From: Peptoclostridium sp.
GTDB taxonomy: Bacteria; Bacillota; Clostridia; Peptostreptococcales; Peptostreptococcaceae
Assembly (NCBI RefSeq): GCF_009881055.1
Contig: NZ_WXFG01000032.1
Span: 45,739 to 109,738, forward strand
Reading direction: 5' to 3'
DNA length: 64,000 nucleotides
Positions 59,647 through 64,000 of the stretch are shown here, in pieces (the first letter of the stretch is position 1; every line of letters starts with the position of its first letter). The notes beneath the pieces are model-generated. The model was not told the DNA's origin. It was given only the letters and a program-made list of their open reading frames with translations, and did not search any database. The position numbers and the translations under genes were made by a program.

Positions 59647-61449
59647 ATGTACAACCAAAGCAGGATACGCAACTTCAGTATTATTGCTCACATAGATCAC
59701 GGAAAATCAACTCTTGCCGACAGGCTCATAGAATATACCGGACTCTTGTCGCAAAGAGAGATGAAGGCCCAGCTTCTTGATAACATGGATCTTGAAAGGG
59801 AAAGAGGAATAACAATAAAGCTTCAGAACGTGAGGCTGAATTACAGGGCAAATGACGGCGAGGACTATGTGCTCAACCTCATAGACACTCCGGGGCACGT
59901 GGATTTCAACTACGAGGTTTCAAGGAGCCTTGCTGCCTGCGAAGGAGCCCTGCTAATTGTAGACGCGGCGCAGGGCGTTGAGGCACAGACTCTGGCTAAC
60001 GTATATCTTGCACTTGACCAGGATCTTGAGATTGTACCGGTTATAAACAAGATAGACCTGCCAAGCGCAAGGCCGGAGGAAATAAAGACTGAAATAGAGG
60101 AAATAATAGGCCTGGAGGCTCAGGATGCGCCTCTGATTTCAGCAAAGGAAGGTCTCAACATCAAGGATGTGCTCGAAGCGATTGTAACAAAGATACCTTC
60201 GCCAAGCGGCGACTATGACAAGCCGCTCAAGGCTCTCATATTCGACTCGTACTACGACAGCTACAAGGGCGTAGTGGGCTATATAAGAGTGTTCGAGGGC
60301 AAGCTCAAAAAAGGCATGAAGATAAAAATGATGGCCACAGGCAAAATGTTTGAGGTCACCGAGGTGGGCGTAATGGCTCCCGGTCAGACACCCGTTGACG
60401 AGCTGAGAGCGGGAGAGGTTGGCTACGTGGCTGCAAGCATAAAGGAAATAAGAAGCTGCCGCGTTGGAGATACGATAACTGACGCCGATAATCCTACATC
60501 AGATCCTCTTGCAGGCTACAAGAAGGCCATTCCGATGGTTTACTGCGGAATCTATCCTGGAGAGGGCGAAAAGTATGAAAACCTCAGGGACGCGCTCGAA
60601 AAGCTCCAGGTAAACGATGCGGCGCTCGAATACGAGCCTGAGACTTCTGCTGCACTGGGCTTTGGCTTCAGATGCGGATTTTTGGGACTTCTGCACATGG
60701 AGATAATGCAGGAAAGGCTCGAGAGAGAATTCGACCTTAACATAATAACAACTGCGCCGTCGGTTCTGTACAAGGTATACATGAACAGCGGCGAGATAAT
60801 AATGATACAAAATCCTTCGGATCTTCCGCCGGCAACAGAGCTGTCTCACATAGACGAGCCTATCGTTAAGGCCGACATAATAGTTCCTTCCGATTATGTG
60901 GGGGCGGTTATGGAACTCTCCCAGGAGAGAAGGGGCAACATGATAGACATGGAGTATATAGACACAAAGAGGGTAATGCTCCATTACGAGCTGCCTCTCA
61001 ATGAGGTCATATACGATTTCTTTGACGCACTAAAGACCAGAACAAGAGGATACGGCTCGTTCGACTACGAGTTCAAGGAATACAGGGAATCTGACCTTGT
61101 GAAGCTGGATATAATGATAAACAAGGAAAAGGTGGATGCGCTTTCTTTCATAGTGCACGAGAGCAGAGCCTACAAGAGGGGCAAGGCCATGTGTGAAAAG
61201 CTAAAGGAAGAGATACCAAAGCACCAGTTCATAATTCCAATACAGGCTTCAATAGGCAACAAGATTATCGCGAGGGAGACTATAAGCGCCTACAGAAAAG
61301 ACGTGCTTGCAAAATGCTACGGCGGAGACATATCGCGTAAGAGAAAGCTTCTAGAAAAGCAAAAAGAGGGCAAGAAGAGGATGAGGCAGGTTGGTTCTGT
61401 CGAGGTTCCTCAGAAGGCATTCATGTCTGTGCTTAAGGTTGAAAAATAA
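59647..61449 (+). CDS. lepA: Translation elongation factor 4 (LepA)
   Basis: [21 protein letters not shown]1 motif, [13 protein letters not shown], about 600 aa. Confidence 0.95.
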   Translation: MYNQSRIRNFSIIAHIDHGKSTLADRLIEYTGLLSQREMKAQLLDNMDLERERGITIKLQNVRLNYRANDGEDYVLNLIDTPGHVDFNYEVSRSLAACEGALLIVDAAQGVEAQTLANVYLALDQDLEIVPVINKIDLPSARPEEIKTEIEEIIGLEAQDAPLISAKEGLNIKDVLEAIVTKIPSPSGDYDKPLKALIFDSYYDSYKGVVGYIRVFEGKLKKGMKIKMMATGKMFEVTEVGVMAPGQTPVDELRAGEVGYVAASIKEIRSCRVGDTITDADNPTSDPLAGYKKAIPMVYCGIYPGEGEKYENLRDALEKLQVNDAALEYEPETSAALGFGFRCGFLGLLHMEIMQERLEREFDLNIITTAPSVLYKVYMNSGEIIMIQNPSDLPPATELSHIDEPIVKADIIVPSDYVGAVMELSQERRGNMIDMEYIDTKRVMLHYELPLNEVIYDFFDALKTRTRGYGSFDYEFKEYRESDLVKLDIMINKEKVDALSFIVHESRAYKRGKAMCEKLKEEIPKHQFIIPIQASIGNKIIARETISAYRKDVLAKCYGGDISRKRKLLEKQKEGKKRMRQVGSVEVPQKAFMSVLKVEK

Positions 61450-61457
61450 ATTCTTAC

Positions 61458-61490
61458 AAAAAGCCAAGGGGACGGTTCTCTTGGCTTTTT
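61458..61490 (+). terminator. Intrinsic terminator after lepA
   Basis: AAAAAGCCAAG...CTTGGCTTTTT. Confidence 0.85.
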
Positions 61491-61524
61491 GCTTCAAGAG
61501 AAAAATAATAAAGAGGTATTTAAT

Positions 61525-62691
61525 ATGGGAGCAGGACTATATGTGCACATTCCGTTTTGCGTAAAAAAATGCAGCTATTGCGACTTCAACTCGTTTTGCG
61601 TTGAAAGCATGCTAGGTGAAAGAGAAGTTTTTCTGGATTATCTGATTAGAGAGCTGCGAATGCAGACACTAAGGCTAAGAGACAAATCCTTGAGCAGCAT
61701 ATTCATAGGCGGGGGAACACCCAGCCTGCTCCAGTCACAGGAAATGCACCAGCTGATGGATGCCATACACGCGAATTTCAAAGTTGAAGCAGGGGCAGAA
61801 ATAACAATGGAGGCAAATCCAAAGACCCTAAGCGAAGCCAAGCTAAGGGACATGAGGAGCCTTGGGATAAACAGACTCAGCATGGGGCTCCAGGCGGCCC
61901 AAAACCACATACTTCAGCTTCTTGGAAGAGTACACACGTATGAGGATTTTGTTGAAAATTATAAGCAGGCCCGCAAAGCTGGCTTTGAAAACATAAACAT
62001 AGACGTCATGTTTTCGATTCCCACACAGACTATAGGCGAGTGGGTGGATACACTTTGCAAGGTGACGGGACTTGAGCCGGAACATATCTCAGCCTATTCC
62101 CTGATAGTGGAGGAAGGTACAAAAATGCAAAGCCTTATAGACCAGGGTATCCTCAATGAGCTCGACGAGAGGAGCGACAGGAGGATGTACCATGCATGCA
62201 GGAGTTTTTTGCGCAAAAAAGGGTATGCCCAGTACGAAATATCCAACTTTGCAAGGGTAGGATATGAATCGAGGCACAACATAATGTACTGGAAATGCTC
62301 GGACTATCTAGGACTAGGCCCTGGGGCACACTCATATATAGGCGGCGAGAGGTTCTGCAATTTGGAAGGCCTGCGCGAATATTTCGAAAGCATTGACAAG
62401 GATGTAGTGCCGATAGAAAGCTCAAACAAGCTGATTCTCAAAGATAAGATTGAGGAAGCGATGTTCATGGGCCTCAGGATGAACGAGGGCGTAGATCTGC
62501 AAGTGCTTTCAAAAAAGCTTGGAGCGGATTTGAAGGGCATGTATTCGAAAAAAATAGAAAAGCTTGTGGGGCAAAGGCTCCTAAAAAGAGTCGTGAAAAA
62601 CGGGAGTGAAATGATTGCATTGACTAACAAGGGAATTGATCTAAGCAATTCCGTGTTTGTTGAATTTTTACTTGAAGATGATGCTATGTAA
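61525..62691 (+). CDS. hemW: Radical SAM heme chaperone HemW (coproporphyrinogen III oxidase-like)
   Basis: LYVHIPFCVKKCSYCDF radical SAM motif and GGGTPS. Confidence 0.9.
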   Translation: MGAGLYVHIPFCVKKCSYCDFNSFCVESMLGEREVFLDYLIRELRMQTLRLRDKSLSSIFIGGGTPSLLQSQEMHQLMDAIHANFKVEAGAEITMEANPKTLSEAKLRDMRSLGINRLSMGLQAAQNHILQLLGRVHTYEDFVENYKQARKAGFENINIDVMFSIPTQTIGEWVDTLCKVTGLEPEHISAYSLIVEEGTKMQSLIDQGILNELDERSDRRMYHACRSFLRKKGYAQYEISNFARVGYESRHNIMYWKCSDYLGLGPGAHSYIGGERFCNLEGLREYFESIDKDVVPIESSNKLILKDKIEEAMFMGLRMNEGVDLQVLSKKLGADLKGMYSKKIEKLVGQRLLKRVVKNGSEMIALTNKGIDLSNSVFVEFLLEDDAM

Positions 62692-62696
62692 TATCC

Positions 62697-62725
62697 TTGA
62701 CAAAGAAAACTAATAGTGATATTTT
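62697..62725 (+). promoter_or_regulatory. Putative sigma-A promoter of the hrcA-grpE operon
   Basis: TTGACA, then 17 nt, then an extended -10 (TGATATTTT), about 14 nt upstream of CIRCE. Confidence 0.6.
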
Positions 62726-62738
62726 AAAAAAGAAGATG

Positions 62739-62765
62739 TTAGCACTCTTGCTTGCCGAGTGCTAA
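62739..62765 (+). promoter_or_regulatory. CIRCE operator (HrcA binding site)
   Basis: Perfect TTAGCACTC-N9-GAGTGCTAA inverted repeat. Confidence 0.95.
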
Positions 62766-62809
62766 ATAGATCAGCCGGCCTTTTTGACGAATACAGGGGT
62801 GTATTGATT

Positions 62810-63844
62810 ATGAATTTGAGTGGAAGAAAGCTAAAAATACTCGAGGCCATAATAAATGATTATATATTTTCAGCAGAGCCCATAGGTTCTAAGAGTGTTT
62901 CTCAAAATCATGACCTCAATATAAGCGCAGCGACTATAAGGAATGAAATGTCGGATCTTGAGGAGCTGGGTTATCTTGCGCAGCCGCACACATCATCTGG
63001 AAGGATTCCCACTGAAAAGGGATACAGGCTGTATGTGGAGAGCATGATGCAGGAAGGGATACTTGACGGTCAGCAGAAGAGGGTGATAGACGACTCACTC
63101 TTTAGGAGGCACGGCGAGGTTCAAAAGCTTCTCGACGACGCGCTCAGGCTGATGTCGGAGTTCACAAGCTATACGGCAGTAGCACTTACGCCCAAGTTCA
63201 ATGAGAGCAGAATCAGAAATCTGCAGCTTGTTTTCGTGAGCTCAAGCAACATAATGCTGATAGTCGTCATGGAAAGCGGCCTCATCAGGAACCTGATTCT
63301 GAATACTAGTCATGAAATAAGCCAGGACAAGCTTAACATAATATCATCGATGCTGAATGAGAGGCTTTCCGGGAAGACAATAGAGCAGATAGACCATAGG
63401 TTCATAAATTATCTGAAGACGAAAATTTATGAATACAGCGAATTCCTCGACCAGCTGCTTGAGGGCATAAGCATGAATTCCCTGGCGCTTGAGGACATAG
63501 AGATACTCGCAGAAGGAAAGACGAACATACTGGATTTTCCTGAATTCAACAATATATCAAAAGCGAGAGCTTTTCTTGATATGCTAGGCCAGAAGGATAC
63601 TATGCTGCAAATACTAAATTCAGCAGGAATCCAAAGGGAGAATATAAACATACTAATAGGGGCAGAAAATCTGTGTGACATATCAAAGGACTGCAGCATA
63701 CTGACTGCAACATACAAGCTGGGCGACAAGACCATAGGCAAAATAGGAATCATAGGCCCTACAAGAATGGATTATTCAAGGGTTTTCTCAATAATGAATT
63801 ATGTTTCTCAAAGACTGGATAGATTTATAAAAAGTGAATTTTAA
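62810..63844 (+). CDS. hrcA: Heat-inducible transcription repressor HrcA
   Basis: N-terminus MNLSGRKLKILEAIINDYI..EPIGSK, 344 aa, with CIRCE upstream and grpE downstream. Confidence 0.95.
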   Translation: MNLSGRKLKILEAIINDYIFSAEPIGSKSVSQNHDLNISAATIRNEMSDLEELGYLAQPHTSSGRIPTEKGYRLYVESMMQEGILDGQQKRVIDDSLFRRHGEVQKLLDDALRLMSEFTSYTAVALTPKFNESRIRNLQLVFVSSSNIMLIVVMESGLIRNLILNTSHEISQDKLNIISSMLNERLSGKTIEQIDHRFINYLKTKIYEYSEFLDQLLEGISMNSLALEDIEILAEGKTNILDFPEFNNISKARAFLDMLGQKDTMLQILNSAGIQRENINILIGAENLCDISKDCSILTATYKLGDKTIGKIGIIGPTRMDYSRVFSIMNYVSQRLDRFIKSEF

Positions 63845-63856
63845 GGGGTGTGGAAA

Positions 63857-64000
63857 TTGGAGAACAAAAAAGAGTTTGAACAAGCGATGGACGAGCAGCA
63901 GGAGCAATCTGCTGAATGCGAAATGCTCGAGGAGGAGTTTGCGCAGACTGAGGGAGAACTTGAACCAGAAACAGAAACTAAGGAGAGCGATCCCAGAGAC
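63857..64000 (+). CDS. grpE: Nucleotide exchange factor GrpE (5' partial, runs off the window)
   Basis: An acidic N-terminal region follows hrcA. The start is TTG at 63857 or GTG at 63848. Identity is inferred mainly from the conserved hrcA-grpE-dnaK order. Confidence 0.7.
   Translation, partial: MENKKEFEQAMDEQQEQSAECEMLEEEFAQTEGELEPETETKESDPRD

Overview
This 64-kb window is a conserved chromosomal core region of a mid-GC Firmicute (Clostridia/Tissierellia-like). It is almost entirely housekeeping operons, syntenic with the B. subtilis ylm (ylmE-sepF-yggT-ylmH-divIVA), ylo (yicC-remA-gmk-rpoZ-coaBC-priA-def-fmt-rsmB-rlmN-prpC-prkC-rsgA-rpe-thiN / rpmB / asp23-dak2-recG), ylb (rsmD-coaD, tmcAL) and yqe (comEC-holA-rpsT-lepA-hemW-hrcA-grpE) regions. 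I saw no rRNA, tRNA, CRISPR array, IS element, transposase or phage genes. There are three accessory-looking parts. First, a 10-gene type IV pilus / pseudopilus operon (774-7636) with no prepilin peptidase or retraction ATPase. Second, a TelA-family gene pair plus an orphan gene (9044-11711). Third, a ComEC channel gene lacking its metallo-beta-lactamase domain, with a separately encoded ComEC-type MBL lipoprotein about 2 kb away. The lead I consider most interesting is a well-formed single-aptamer glycine riboswitch (minus strand, about 15568-15657). It has its own sigma-A promoter and intrinsic terminator, and it sits directly upstream of a monocistronic LysR-type regulator rather than a glycine catabolic or transport gene. 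A nucleoside hydrolase gene is frame-disrupted in an A6 tract four codons after a strong RBS/ATG. I found no convincing novel multi-gene system such as a defence island. All family calls come from motif recognition by eye, without database searches.
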